A stretch of DNA of 64,000 nt from Antedon mediterranea (lineage: Eukaryota > Animalia > Echinodermata), in assembly GCF_964355755.1 (NCBI RefSeq), contig NC_092670.1:31174388-31238387 (forward strand). Reading direction: 5' to 3'. Numbering within the stretch: position 1 is the first letter of the stretch; the number at the start of each line of letters is the position of its first letter. Below, piece after piece: positions 47,940 to 61,245 of the stretch. The notes under the pieces were generated by a model. It was not told the DNA's origin, made no database searches, and saw only the letters and a list, made by a program, of their open reading frames with translations. The translations under genes were made by a program, and so were the position numbers.

Positions 47940-48190
47940 GTGAAGAAGAATGGACAGTTTTATGGCAGATATAGTGTTCTTATGTCAATTATACTACAAA
48001 ATAGAACTAATATTCTACAAGAACTAAACAACTCAGACATTGTGTCGATAAAAAAACAAACATTATGGGAAACTAATTGTATCAAATATAAAGATAAATC
48101 ATTATTTGTTAAGGAATGTATTAAATCAAACATACTAACTGTAAGTGATAATGTGAAGGAAGTAAATAAATCACTAGAAATTATATGAAA
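47940..48190 (+). pseudogene. Old L1/Tx1-like ORF2 remnant (CR1 insertion target)
   Basis: KQTLWETNCIKYKDKSLF..IKSNILTVSD resembles the post-RT region. Confidence 0.4.
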
Positions 48191-48282
48191 GGTATGCTAT
48201 TTTTTTTTCAATTTACTTACTTACTTGTTTACTTGTTTCCCGTACACTTTCGTCTACGGGATCGAGGCGAAGCACTCAGTGC

Positions 48283-51148
48283 TTAAAAGCCCCTCTTAGC
48301 AATAAAATCATATTCTATATAGGGTGAAAACTTCAGCGGGTGGTTAGACCATGCGACGTTAAGTTTTGCTTTGAACAAGTTCACCGTAGCACATGAAACT
48401 ACATCCGTAGGCAGAGCATTCCATAAGAGAATAACTCTCCTGGAGAACGTGTCCCTCCTAATATTAAGACGAGAGCTTTTAAACTTGAGTTTATATGGGT
48501 GTCCCCGGGTCCGAGATTCTAGATCAAATTCAAAAAAATGTGTTGATCGAAACACGATCGAAACCTTTAACAATCCTAAAAACTTGGATAATATCCGCTC
48601 TCTGCCTTCGATATCTCATGGTAGGAAGACCAAGAATTCTCAAACGTTGTTCATAAGGAATATTACGGTACCTAGGAATCAATCTTGTTGCTCTTTGCTG
48701 GACCTTCTCTATTTCATCCTGATCTCGTTTCTAATAGGATTATAAACAGTGTTACAATATTCAAGCGTTGGCCTGACAATAGACTTATACAGCTTCAAAA
48801 ATCCATCTTTATTCAAGAATTTAAAAGATCTATAAATCATTCCTAGTTTCTTATTAGCTCTTTTACAAATATCTGCTACATGCAAATTAAAGATTAAACT
48901 AGGATCAAAGGTAACACCTAGATCTTTCTCCTGCTTTACCTCATGTAGTAAATTACCAGCCATTGAATACAAGAAATTGGGATTATCACAACCATAATGA
49001 AATACCTTACACTTAGTGTCATTAAAAGGCAATTGCCAAACATTAGACCAATGGGAAGCACTGTCAATGTCTCTTTGAAATAAATCCGCATCATCAATGT
49101 TATTGACCACTCTATACAACTTGGTGTCGTCTGCAAATAAACGTATACTAGATTCGACAACATCAGGTAAATCGTTAATGAAGATTGAAAATAAGATTGG
49201 GCCCACAACGCTACCCTGTGGAATTCCACTTAATACTGGAGCCTGTGATGACAATTGACCATTGACACTAACTCGTTGTGTTCTATTTGACAAATAATTA
49301 GAGAACCATCCTAGTAGATTTCCCGTAATACCAAAACCTTTCAATTTGACTAGAAGCCTTTGGTGTGGCACACTATCAAAGGCCTTTTTATAGTCTAAAT
49401 AGACACAATCAAAGCTATCATGGTTATCCAGGTTAGTAGTCCAACTCTCCAGGACATCAAGTAGTTGTAATGCACATGATCTACCTTGTCTGAATCCAAA
49501 ATGCTCATTGAACAAAAGACCATTACTCTCAAGATACATTACAAGTTTATCCCTAATAATCCTTTCCATCATTTTCCCTATGACCGACGTTAAACTAACC
49601 GGTCTGTAGTTAGCCGGGTCCTCCTTTTTGCCTTTCTTAAATATAGGTATTACAATTGCCTCCTTCCACGATAGAGGGACCTTCTGATCATTGAATAATC
49701 TAGTGAATATTAGACTGAGAGGGTAAGCAATTTGATCCTTTAATTCAATCAAAACCCGTGGGTGAAAGCCATCAGGGCCAGCTGACTTATCTATAACTAA
49801 GTTAGACAACAGCTTATGAATATCTTCTACATTAAACTCAATATCTGACAAAGAAGCCTCAATCTTTTTATCAAGATTCGGAACATTCGATAAGTTCTCC
49901 TTACAAAAGACACTGCTAAAAAAAGAATTAAAAGACTCGGCTTTATCTTGGTCATTTACAACAAGTTTACCTTCAACATTTCTAAGAGTAGGAATACCAG
50001 ATCTGGTGTTTAACTGAGAATTTACATAGCGCCAAAAAGACTTTTTATTGACTTTAACCTCATTTGCAATCTTATTTTCGAAGATGCTTTTAGAACTCTT
50101 AATCAAATTGACAGTATCATTCCTTACTCTAATAAACGTGTTCCATTTGACACTAGCACAGTCATGCCCTTTACGTTTTGCTTTGATATACTGTTTCCAG
50201 CATTTATTCTTCTGTTTAATAGACTTATCAACCTCCTTAGTATACCACAAAGGTCTCTTAACATTTCCAGACAAGTGTTTCTTACACTTTGGAACAAACT
50301 GTTCCATACCTCTAGATAAGATCTCATCAAAAGAACCGTGCGAGTGTAACCCGTCCTTATCCAATAACTCAGTGTCCCAATCGACACCATCAAGAAAACC
50401 ACGAAACTTATCATAATCAGCATGGAAATAATTTCTGACCTCTACCACCTCTTCTTTGATTAAATTAACTGTAATTTTAAATCGAAGTACCATATGATCA
50501 CTCTTACCTAATGGTGGAGCTTGAAGGACCTCACTAATAGAATCCTCATTAGATGTAAGTACCAGGTCCAGAACATTGGCCTGTTCTCCTCTTTCTGTAA
50601 CGGGTTGGGTCTCGTACATGCTGAGCTAAAAATAAGTCATTAATGGTGTCGAAAAAATTATGACTATTTTTACCATCTTCACCAGTCACATATCCTAGCT
50701 CCCAATTAATACTCCTATAATTGAAATCTCCAACTATAATAAAATCAGAACAAGAAAAGGATGCCACTTTTCTAAACAGAGAACACAAAGCAGAATTATT
50801 GACACTAGATCCGGCGTCACTTCTATACACACATCCAATTAAAAAGGTGCGATCCTTGACTTTAATCTCAACAAACATGGATTCCTCAAACAAAATATCT
50901 TTAAACAAAACCGGAGTGGCAGACATCCCATTTCGAACATAAATAACAACTCCTCTACCAGATGAAAGCTTTTCATTTGGCAAAAACATCTGAAAACCAG
51001 GGATATGAAACTCTTCTATAGACAATTCAAAAAAGTACTTCTTTGGTAGAATCTCAGTCAAAGCAATGATATCAACTTTCTCTGAAGATAAACGCAAAAG
51101 AAGCTCATTCTTCCTATTTAGAAGGGAATCACAATTTGTATAAAACAC
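48283..51148 (-). pseudogene. CR1 ORF2 endonuclease-reverse transcriptase, frameshifted
   Basis: APE: YTNCDSL, GDFN, LDLVLT, SDH. RT: NYRPVSLTS, DYKKAFDSV, GIPQGSVVGP, LFADDTK. C-terminal TRGHPYKL. Frameshifts at ~50600 and ~48570-48730. Confidence 0.9.
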
Positions 51149-51194
51149 ATTTAAAAAATCATTAACATCTTCTGACTGCGTAGAACTTGCATTG

Positions 51195-52080
51195 TTAGGC
51201 AGTGTTCTCTTCCGATTGGGTAGTGCTTTGGGAACGAAACCGAGTTATTTTCCCCCTTCTAATTACCAAGTCTTTTTCCCCTTTGCTTTGCCTATCCCTC
51301 AATATGTCCCTAAGTTTATTATACTCATCACGTTCCTTTATTGTTCTATCATTACTTACTGCGCACTTTTTTTGTATAGCAATTTCAAAGGCATCTCTGT
51401 TGATACATTCCTCCTTGAAAACTACCTTTATAGGGCGGCACCCATCTTCTCTGTGTTTACCCACCCCGGAAAAATGTTCTCATTTCGACCTCTAGGTCAA
51501 TATCCTAAAAAATACCTGTCAATTTACTGAGGTCATCATTTTTTCTTGTATCCGAGTCATTACTCTTGGACTCATCTATTCTATATAGCATCAAATTAGA
51601 TTTTCTTTTCAATCTCTCATTTTCATCCTTAAGTCTATTTTCAATTATTGTCTTAACCTCCTCATTATTAACAACACTAGATGACCGGGATAACTTTTTA
51701 ATATCCTCTTTATTGATCTCTACCTCAGATTTAATTGCTTCAATTGTTTTAATCATGGTTTTTTGTGTCTCATTAACATTATCAATAAGACCCATGAAAT
51801 TGGCTACTGGGACTGAGCAGCTCCTACAGTACCAAAAAATGGATGAGTCATCTTTGGATAGCCACTTATATTTGGCTTCATTAATTTTCTGACAATCTAT
51901 GTGGAACCATAGCTTACAAAGACCGCATAAAACCGATTTGCCACCAGACATAAAATGGCCACCACATGAACCACATTCGTCTTCCCCCTCGATATCTACT
52001 ACCGTTTTATCAACTGTGCCTCCTGCATTACGTGATCTAGGCTTTGGCCTGGCACCTTGATCTTTGCTTTTGGAAGCCAT
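51195..52080 (-). pseudogene. CR1 ORF1 with PHD finger, frameshifted near 51500
   Basis: CGSC..CGLCKLWFHIDC..WYCRSC, coiled coil, RKSNLMLYRIDE, RPIKVVF, DLVIRRGKI. Confidence 0.85.
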
Positions 52081-54239
52081 GCCCTAACTGCTTACACAAC
52101 CCTAGGCCTAGCGAAAGACAATCTAAAAAAGAAAAATCTCACCAGTCCTTAGAATACACTAAGAGCTCAAGCAGAAATTTGAAGCAATAAGAATAGGAAT
52201 GATAATGATATGAAAGTAAACTAGCAAACAAGATTCAAAGACTTTCCGATAACAGATATTCGTCCAACCACAAACCCAGGCCTAGCAACGACAATCTAAA
52301 ACAATCTCTCCAATCAAAAGATAAATCGAATAATACAAGGGCTTAAGCTACATTTGTAGCAATAAGAAGAGTAATGGAGACTTTATGTAAGTAAAAATCG
52401 TGAATAAACTATACAAAACCAGCAAACAAGATTCAAAACTTTTACAACTTCAGAAACACGTCCAACCACCATGAAGCGCCCTCAATTGGATTGTACAAAC
52501 AAAACAAATCCCAGGTGCGATACCAAAGATATGGATAGAGCTAATCATTAATAACAAGCATGTATCCTATGATCGAAAAGTAATTATCAAAGTTAAATTT
52601 AAAAACGTGCTATAGAAACCAAATAACTAGGTTATTGTATTGTGAGCCAAAGGAATAAAAATAATAATATAATATTAAAGAGGTTGAAAAAATACAGAAA
52701 ATAAAGAAGAAGATGTATAAAATAAACATTATGACATTGAATGAAAAAAGGTGATGGTTAACAACAAAGATTTTTTTTAACGAATTAACATGGAAAAGTG
52801 AACGTTTCATATATAAACTGCTGTAAATTCGTATGTATTTATCTGTATAATGTTGGTCCACTAGCCATTTTAATAAACACCAATACTATTAGTGAAAATA
52901 ATTTTTCTTTCAACTTATTGTATAAGAGAATCAGAAAAATAAGTTGAAAAGAATAAAGAAAAAATCTTTTAAATACATTTTGTTTAGATATAAATTTTTC
53001 CCCTGAAAGCAATGTTTCTGTCTTCAGTTGAATAAAAGACCATTAATGTCATATAGTTACTCACATAAAACAACATTATTTACTAGAAAAAAAACTTTAA
53101 AGAAATAGGCCTACTTTCAGCCGGAAGCCCATTTTCTGAAATAAAGATAAAGCTTAAATTTAAATGTTCATTTTGTCTTTTTGTATAAGCAAAATCATTA
53201 TTTTTTTAGCATGCTGAAGGTGAACAATTGTATTAAATTAGATATGTCAGATTTGGGTAAAGTGGAAGATGGATCCGCCAGTGATTATAAAGTCATCGCC
53301 TTTAAGATTCGAGTAGACTTTCCCAAGTCTATATTCTTTATGTCGTTGCTTGGAACGTACATTATGATACGGAGTGTGTGCATACATTTTTATCTTTTTA
53401 CAAATTAAGCCGAATCCCTGAATAAAACCTATTTATGCTTGCTGCTACAATAACGGTCTTCTTGGAATTGGAGCAGAAAAACAAACGCGAGTACTGATGT
53501 TACTGTATTGAAGGCAATATAACAACAAGATGTAGAGCTTCGTTAGATCAGAGGTGGTATGTGTGGTTGCTATACGTTCAATTTACCTAATTTTCGTAAA
53601 ATGTTTAGTTAACATAATTAATCGCACCCGATCATAAGATCAAAGGACTGTTGTAAGATCCTATCTTGGAAAGGTGAGCTCAGAATCTTGTTGTTAGATC
53701 ACATTGCTGTATTCACTGCATATAGTGTAGCATATTGTTATTTAACAATTTAACGATCCTATTATTAACGTGCATAAAGAGTATAATTTATATTTCTATG
53801 TTTTTCTTTTACTTTATATTATTTTCATCACGTTGCTTACGTGATATCCGCATGAATATTATTGATCAATATAATTAGTTTGCGTTCATAATTTATAATA
53901 AACGATAGAATAATTGTTTACCGTCTCGTCGCTGAATTTGTTTTCCGTTTTTGATATTGTAAACAAAATCATTATACAGTAATCAGTTACTACCTATTCC
54001 GTTAATGCAGTAATTTTCAATAAACGATAATTGCTTAAATACGGTATATTCGTGGTTAAGGTTTGAAACTCATTGTTGGATAACAATCAACATACATTTT
54101 GCTTGTGCAATTAACAAAGATGATAATAATTAAATCATTATAAATCCATCATGCTATTCGTAGGCCTACTTTATTCCAGGGGTTTAGTAGAATTGTGGAT
54201 AGTAACATTAGTTTATTGCTGTGTTTGAGACACGAAAGA

Positions 54240-54306
54240 ATGGCAAACGTTTCACTACTCTTTGTAGTTATCTTGTTGAGTACAGAATTCCATCGTGGAA
54301 CACAAG
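54240..54306 (+). CDS. Candidate signal-peptide first exon (MANVSLLFVVILLSTEFHRGTQ)
   Basis: ATG, hydrophobic core, strong donor AAG|GTAAGG (phase 1). Confidence 0.5.
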
Positions 54307-55094
54307 GTAAGGTCATGTTCCTGTTTTCAAATTACAACACACACATATTTGCTAGATAGGCCTAGATATATTGTAAAAATATCAAACTAGGCCTAAATAT
54401 ATATAAATATTAATATAATATTAGTCAGTAGATGTTTACTTTACTGTAGACAGATTTGTAACATAAACTATTTAAATAATACCTTTACTATAAAGTGTAT
54501 TACCCACAAACCATGTAGGCCTACTCATTTCGCGTGATGGATTAAATAACAATTGTAAACATGTGTGTGTAACTTTCTTATTTGGTAACTTTACTCCGAA
54601 TTCGGTTGCGCCGTGTCATCACAATAAAGAATGAATTGTATAAATGTGTTGATGCAAACATGATTACTAATGTGGTTGAATTTTATATAATTTAATAACC
54701 TACTGTAAATGAAGCCACTTCCCCTTTTGTGAGTAAAATGCTATGCAGAATGTAGGCCTAATGCAAATAAAAATCACAACGTAAAATCATATAATGATTT
54801 ATGCAAGAAAATTGATGGAGTAATAAGGAAAGTTTTAATCAATGGTATAGTAAGAATTAATCTATGAAAATAACTGTTAGTAATAGTCTACACTTTTTAT
54901 TCCTGAACATAGGCTTGTTTTAATAAAATATTATAACGAAATTATCAAAATGGTGTTGAATATGATAATATTCATAGCAAGATATTTAAGTTTAAAAAAA
55001 AAGGTATATTCTAATGTTTCTCCTATTATTATACCATTTCTAAATGGGGAAATGAAATTATTTAAAATATTAGTTGGCTTGGAAAATCATCTAC

Positions 55095-55420
55095 CCCTCT
55101 TCCTTCTTCTCCTCTTCTTTCTCCCTTCTTCTTTCTTTCTCACCCTCCTCCTCTCCACTTCTTCTCACTCCCCCTCTTTCTTCTCCTCTCTTCCTTCTTC
55201 ACCTCTTCCTTCTTCCCCTCTTCTTTTCTCCCCTCTTTCTTCTCATCCTCCTCCTCTTCACTTCCTCTCACTCCCCTCTTCCTTCTTCACCTCTTCCTTC
55301 TTCCCCTCTTTCTTTCTCCCCCTCTTCCTTCTCACCCTCCTCCTCTCCACTTCTTCTCACTCCCACTCTTCCTTAAATTCTCCCCTTCCTTCTTCCCCTC
55401 TTCCTTTTCCCACTTTCCTC
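55095..55420. repeat. Polypyrimidine (CT-rich) tract
   Basis: ~325 bp almost purely C/T with internal repeats. Confidence 0.9.
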
Positions 55421-56168
55421 CAACAACATTTCAAAAAAACAATACGTATTCTAATTTCTTGTTATATAGTATATACAGACATAGAAAACAAAACAATAAC
55501 AATATTTGTGTCTCAATAATCTTTCCTTCTACAATACATATACGATCCCCACCTTAATTGTTTTATCATAATCTTTATATAGTATTTCACCGAGTTTCGA
55601 CTTGTTTTATCCTTTTCAATCTGAAACGATTTGCTCGGACGTCGTCAGCAAATGAAACACCGTAACGTAAAATTTTTTAATTTTAATGAAGCCCATCTTG
55701 AAATCAAGCCTATTTGGCTTCTTTACACGATAGTATGGGCTTCTTTTCAAGATAACATGGGCTTCTTTTAGAGAGAGAATCTTTGAATATCAAAGAAACA
55801 TGGTGATTTATATGTCGGATAACTTGAGATGCATGTATAATGTATTATCGAGTTTATATCGTACATTGATTTAACAGTTTAAAATGGTATTTTGATCATA
55901 CATTATGTAAAATTGGCGAGTAGAGTGAGAGTACTAAAAAAGAAGCACATAGTTTCATAGTATATTTCTATAACATCAATATTGTCATATACGTTGAAGT
56001 TTTGTAAAAATAATGCATATAATAATAATGTATTATACATTACTACTGTTATTTTTCTTTGTAACAATAGATATGTAAAAACATAATAAAGAATGATGCT
56101 GATTCTAAACACTATATAACAAAAGAATGCTCTGATTCATGCCATTCGGATCAATTAAATAATTCCAG

Positions 56169-56308
56169 AACTTGCAATACAACAACGCCGTCTGTATGCA
56201 TCTACTGTTGCTCTACTGACCATTGTAATGAACATGATGTCCCATATCATACAATATTGACAGCATTGAGACCAGAAACGACGAACCAATTAACTCAACT
56301 TACTACGG
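56169..56308 (+). CDS. Candidate exon with Ly6/three-finger C-terminal motif
   Basis: CAG|...|GTAAGC; TCNTTTPSVCIYCCSTDHCNEH. Confidence 0.55.
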
Positions 56309-56689
56309 GTAAGCAGTAAAAGTATTCTTTAAAACTATAAATAAATTGAAGTATAAATAGAATAAACGACGTTACATTGCAAAGTATTCTTTTTAATACA
56401 TTTAGTTTAGGTCAATATTTTGTATCATGTATTTCATTTCATTTCATTTCATTTCATTTATTTCGTTTCACATAATTATAACAAAAAATAACAAACAATA
56501 GAGAGAGACAGGAATCCCAAAAGCGAACTAAATAAAACTATCAAGTGGGTCTCCAAAGCAAAACATCCAACATTAAAAACAACGTGAAGATTAAAAAGTA
56601 CAAAATATCTATACAACAGTTATCCTAGACATTATTGTTATTATATTATGATTATTATAAATTTAAGAAACGAAAAAACATACATTCTA

Positions 56690-56950
56690 CAGTTACACAC
56701 TGAGTAGTTATCGTCTGTGGTAATTACCGATTCGATAACGACCACTACGAACTACCACGATCACCAAGACTACCACGACCATTGCGAGCACTCTGACTAC
56801 CACGACAGACACGACGAAGGACGACAACTTCGACCATGACCACCACTACCTCCAACCCCCATCATTACCACAGCGACCACCATCACTACCACAAACATTA
56901 ACACTATCACCACCACCATAATCACAAACACTATCACCACCATTCCTACG
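56690..56950 (+). repeat. Thr-rich low-complexity tract paralogous to 22800-23320
   Basis: Shared lead-in TTACACACT.AGT.GTT.TCGTCTGT and ACCACAAACACTATCACC units. Confidence 0.6.
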
Positions 56951-57174
56951 AGACATGGCAATATACACGCACATAAATTAACTGTCGCACTTTGTAATAA
57001 AACTGTCACAATTCATGGAGCGTATTTAGCTCGGAGTATCATGTACGTACACATAGCGCAACGCGGTGGTAAGCCGAGCAGCAACAATATTAGTGAAAAG
57101 CGTAATAACATTGCAGTAAAATTATCATAGTGGTGTGAGTGTGTGATTTATTATTATTATTTTTTAATGTTCAG

Positions 57175-58097
57175 GTTGCCGAAGCAAAAGAAACCATTTC
57201 TGTTCTTGAGAAAGAAGTTAGTAAGCTGTGTGTACAGCTGAAACGGAAAGAGAACGAACTCATCGTTGTTTTAACTGAAATGAGATCCTCAGACAACGAG
57301 AAAGATGTAGTAATTAGTAATTTAAAATGTCAGCTACGAGATTATTTTACACAGCGTAGCAATTATGACGCTGTTCGTGACACGTTGCGCTCCGAAATAA
57401 GAACATTAAAATCAAATACTGAACAGTTTGTTGAAGAGAAAAAGAAAATAACAAATGAACTAAAAGCATATGCGCAAAGAGAGAAGGTATGGGTACAGGA
57501 AAGAAATATGTGTTTTGCTCACGCTAGAATTTTACATTCAGAATCAAAGTTCGAAGATGAATGTAAAACGTTGCAAGAACAGGTTCGAAATTTAAGTCGT
57601 GAAAATACAGATTTATGTAGGCAATTAAAAGAGATAATTGTTATGAACACTCGCTGGCAAAAGTACTCTGAACACATTGTGCAGTTGAAACAACAATTGA
57701 ACGTATCTGAAAACAAAGTTTTCAAGAATCATTGCCTTATTGCTGAACTTGAGCGGATGGAAACAGAGAAACGAAAAAAAGAAATCGATGCTGCTGTTCT
57801 TAGTTTGGCAACAGATTTGGGAAAGACATGCGAATTGAATTGACTAAACACAATAACAGACTTGATGAAATAATTGGTCAATATCAAGAGACGTATGCGT
57901 AACTTCAACAATCTTACTTACCTTCTTCTAATACTCCCGATATTCCTGAATTAGTTTGTGATGATGATGATTATGCAGCTGTAGAAGACGGTAATTTGGA
58001 TGAATTATTACAATGTCCTCGTTGTCTGAAAGAGTTTAATATCATAGAACATGTTCAGTTAGTTGATCATTTAGATACATGTGATGTTGATGAATAA
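57175..58097 (+). pseudogene. TNIP2/ABIN-2-like coiled-coil + C-terminal zinc finger relic
   Basis: Coiled coil; MNTRWQKY (cf. TNIP2 LNAKWQRY); after frameshift(s) LQCPRCLKEFNIIEHVQLVDHLDTC. Intronless after the TTCAG acceptor. Confidence 0.62.
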
Positions 58098-58229
58098 AAT
58101 AATCCTATCTTATAAAATCTGTGCTGTTTTTGTTTCTTTTGTTTCTTGCTAACAATCATTAATCAATAATAAAAGAAATTAACAGAATCTATACGATCTA
58201 TTCGATAACAATAAAGTGCATTTGGTAAT

Positions 58230-58700
58230 CTAAACGGGTATGTATGCTTTTAATATAAATGATGGCGTGTTGTTCTCTAACACGATGTTCTCGATAAAAG
58301 GATAATGAATTGATAATAAAGTGTGTATTTTGTAAACTAAACAGTATACAGAATTAAAAGTGTATTCAAAGTTATAATAAACGTAGAAGACGGCGTGTTT
58401 GTTCTCGATAAAGAATTAAACGGCGTGTAGTACTAATTGTAGTCCTGATAACGAAGAAAATAAGTATTGCGCCCTCTATTGATAGATAATATGACTGCGT
58501 TATACGCCGCGTGACAGACAATAATTATACTGTGTTTCTAAATGGGTATATTTTAGTTTTATTATAGAAGTTCTGTAACGCGATGTTGTCGATAAAGGGA
58601 TAATGAATTGATAAAGAGATAATGAATTGATAATATTAAGTGAGAAGTATAAGGAATGATCTAGAAGGTTATGAACATAATTTTGTATAAGGGGATGTAG
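58230..58700 (+). repeat. Dispersed repeat R, copy 1
   Basis: Near-identical to 62760-63341; GATAATGAATTGATAAA and AAACGG subrepeats. Confidence 0.8.
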
Positions 58701-59536
58701 GCCTATGTTCTCTCTTGTGTGTGTAAACTGAATGCTTAAACATTGACGCACACTGTCATTGAGGTCGAAGTAATCAAAGGCTATTTTCTAATTGTTGATA
58801 ATCTATTGAATTCGGAAGTAATCTATTGAATTCGGAAGTGATTTGTTGAAATCGGGTCATATCTTAATTGCCTTGAAAGAAATATAAAGCAAGTTAGGGG
58901 AGGATGGGGTAAGTGGTTCATGGGGTAACTGGTCCAATTGCTAAGTTTTTCTTCAATTGCTGCTATACTACCCTCTATAGACCTTATTTTTTATTATTAA
59001 CTTTGACATAAATTACTTCTCTATTGTTTTATACATGAATTAGCACGCTGTCTCATTAGTTTACCTATCAAAATCGCAATTTTTCAACTTTCGTCTATCA
59101 GTTATCTATTGAAAAATACACTCTTAGAAGGATTGTTTCAAGAAGGTAAGTTTAAAGTGATTTTTAACTACTTTGAAGATTAAAAAATCATCCTAGACCT
59201 AGCTAGTAGTACATTTTGTAGCTTGAAAAAAATGAAAGCTGGCAGTGTGCGTTGTGCCTGTATCAATGGCGCTTTGTTTAATTAAGTGACTGGACCAAAT
59301 AGTTCAGAATCATTTTTTTTACGACCTCATTTTTTAAAACTGGCAGTACAAAAACAACATCTATGTGCAATAGGCATTATTAATATCGCTTAAATGGCCT
59401 AATTTGTTGTTCTATTGTTAATATTTTTATAGAAATAGAAAATATAAATTAGTTAGAATTAATATGAGTGGATCTTGTTGTTTTAATTGGTATTAAAAAT
59501 TCCATATTTTAGGCTTGATTTGTACCCTGTTTAATG

Positions 59537-61245
59537 GGATTACGGTCGAAGCGACCGCCAACCAAAGCGGCCGCTAGTTCAATAACGGTAATTTGTATGA
59601 AACGCCGTGTACGCTTTGATTGTCGTTGTTTTGTAATTTTTGATTGTCATTGTTTCGACAGGTTTTCTTTTCCTCGGACGTAAATAACAATCTACATTAT
59701 TAATATTATGTAATTTATTCTCTTTTTTTTACAGATTGAATGTGATACGTTCTTTTATACGAAATGGCGAATCGATGATTACTTACTTTAACTGTTCTAA
59801 ATAATATTATATGTTTAATAAAGTCAATAAAATACATTGTGGTGTTTGTATTGTATTATATAATATATAATAAGCCAATTATTAAGAATAATATATATAT
59901 TTTTTCCATAAAGTATATCAAAATATATATATATTTGTTATTGTATATTAATATATTATTAGTAAAGTAACTACTGTAAATAGTACGTGTTCGCAAACAT
60001 AATTTAATTACAATAACATGATGACATCAATTTATTTATTTAATATCCTAAATTGTTTTATACCTTCAGATATATAAATATTGATCAATTTAAAATGAGT
60101 TTTAAATACTAACATAAGATGCTAGTGTCTGTACGGTACGGTAAAATTACGCGAAATTCTGCTAATAACTCGACTGGCGGCCGGTCAGGAATAATAGTGC
60201 TGTAGAAGGTCGCGTTTTCGTCTCCACGTTGCTTTATTGAAAACACAAACAATGTATTACAATGGAATAAAACTTAAATGTATAACACACCCTATTACTA
60301 ATAATAAAAACCAAGATTCGATAGTATGTAAATGAGATATAAAGATTCGGCAATACCGTACGTAAATTATTATTGCAATACTGTATAAAGATTCGATGTA
60401 AATGAGATATAAAGATTCGGCAATACCGTACGTAAATTATTAATGTAATACTGTATAAAGATTCGATAGTATGTAAATGAGATAGGCCTATAAAGATTCG
60501 GCAATATCGTACGTAAATTATTAATGCGCTACTGTATGAAGATTCGATAGTATATAAATGAGATATAAAGATTCGGAAATACCGTACGTAAATTATTAAT
60601 GCAATACTGTAAGATTCGGCAATACCGTACGTAACTTATTATTGCAATACTGTATAAAGATTCGATGTAAATGAGATATAAAGATTCGGCAATAACTTAC
60701 GTAAATTATTAATGCCATACTGTATAAAGATTCGATAGTATGTAAATGAGATATAAATATTCGGCAATACCGTACGTAAATTATTAATGCAATACTGTAT
60801 GAAGATTCGATAGGAGAGTGTTCAAGAAACGTCGGGTCAGTTCAACGTTATTTTTTCCCTTCACTGCCAATGTATTTTTTTTTAAAAAGAGATATAAATA
60901 AACAAATAAATAGTACGTAAATGAGACATAAAGGTTCAATAGTATGTAGATTATGATGCAAACGTAAATTATTAATGATTCGATAGTATGTAAATATATT
61001 TAGTTAGTTAATATTAAAATACAAATAAAATATACATTGATTTATCGGCAGGCAAACTTAATTATTATAGAAATATAAAGATTCGATAGTACATGATTTG
61101 GCAAAACATCATACAGCTGTAACTCAACTCGCCATAGGCGGCGTTGACAACGACAATCAAATATTAAAGCGCACATGGCGTTCCATACAAATGACGATAT
61201 TAAACTGGCGGCGGCTTTGGTTGGCGGCCGCTTCGACCATACTCC
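59537..61245. mobile_element. Merlin-like non-autonomous element
   Basis: GG..CC termini, ~80-bp TIR (GGTCGAAGCG.CCGCCAACCAAAGC), exact 8-bp TSD GTTTAATG. Confidence 0.75.
60310..60812. repeat. ~70-80-bp minisatellite
   Basis: AAAGATTCGGCAATACCGTACGTAAATTATT repeated ~7 times. Confidence 0.9.

Larger units (their letters stand above)
48214..52481 (-). mobile_element. Full-length CR1 LINE (4.3 kb)
   Basis: 5' UTR, PHD ORF1, APE-RT ORF2, (GTAA)n tail, candidate TSD TCAATT (48208-48213, 52482-52487). Confidence 0.92.

Noticed and set aside
54950-55519. Leu/Ser/Pro-rich ORFs
   Set aside because: Artefact of the CT tract.
60310-60812. CRISPR-like array
   Set aside because: No unique spacers; simple minisatellite.
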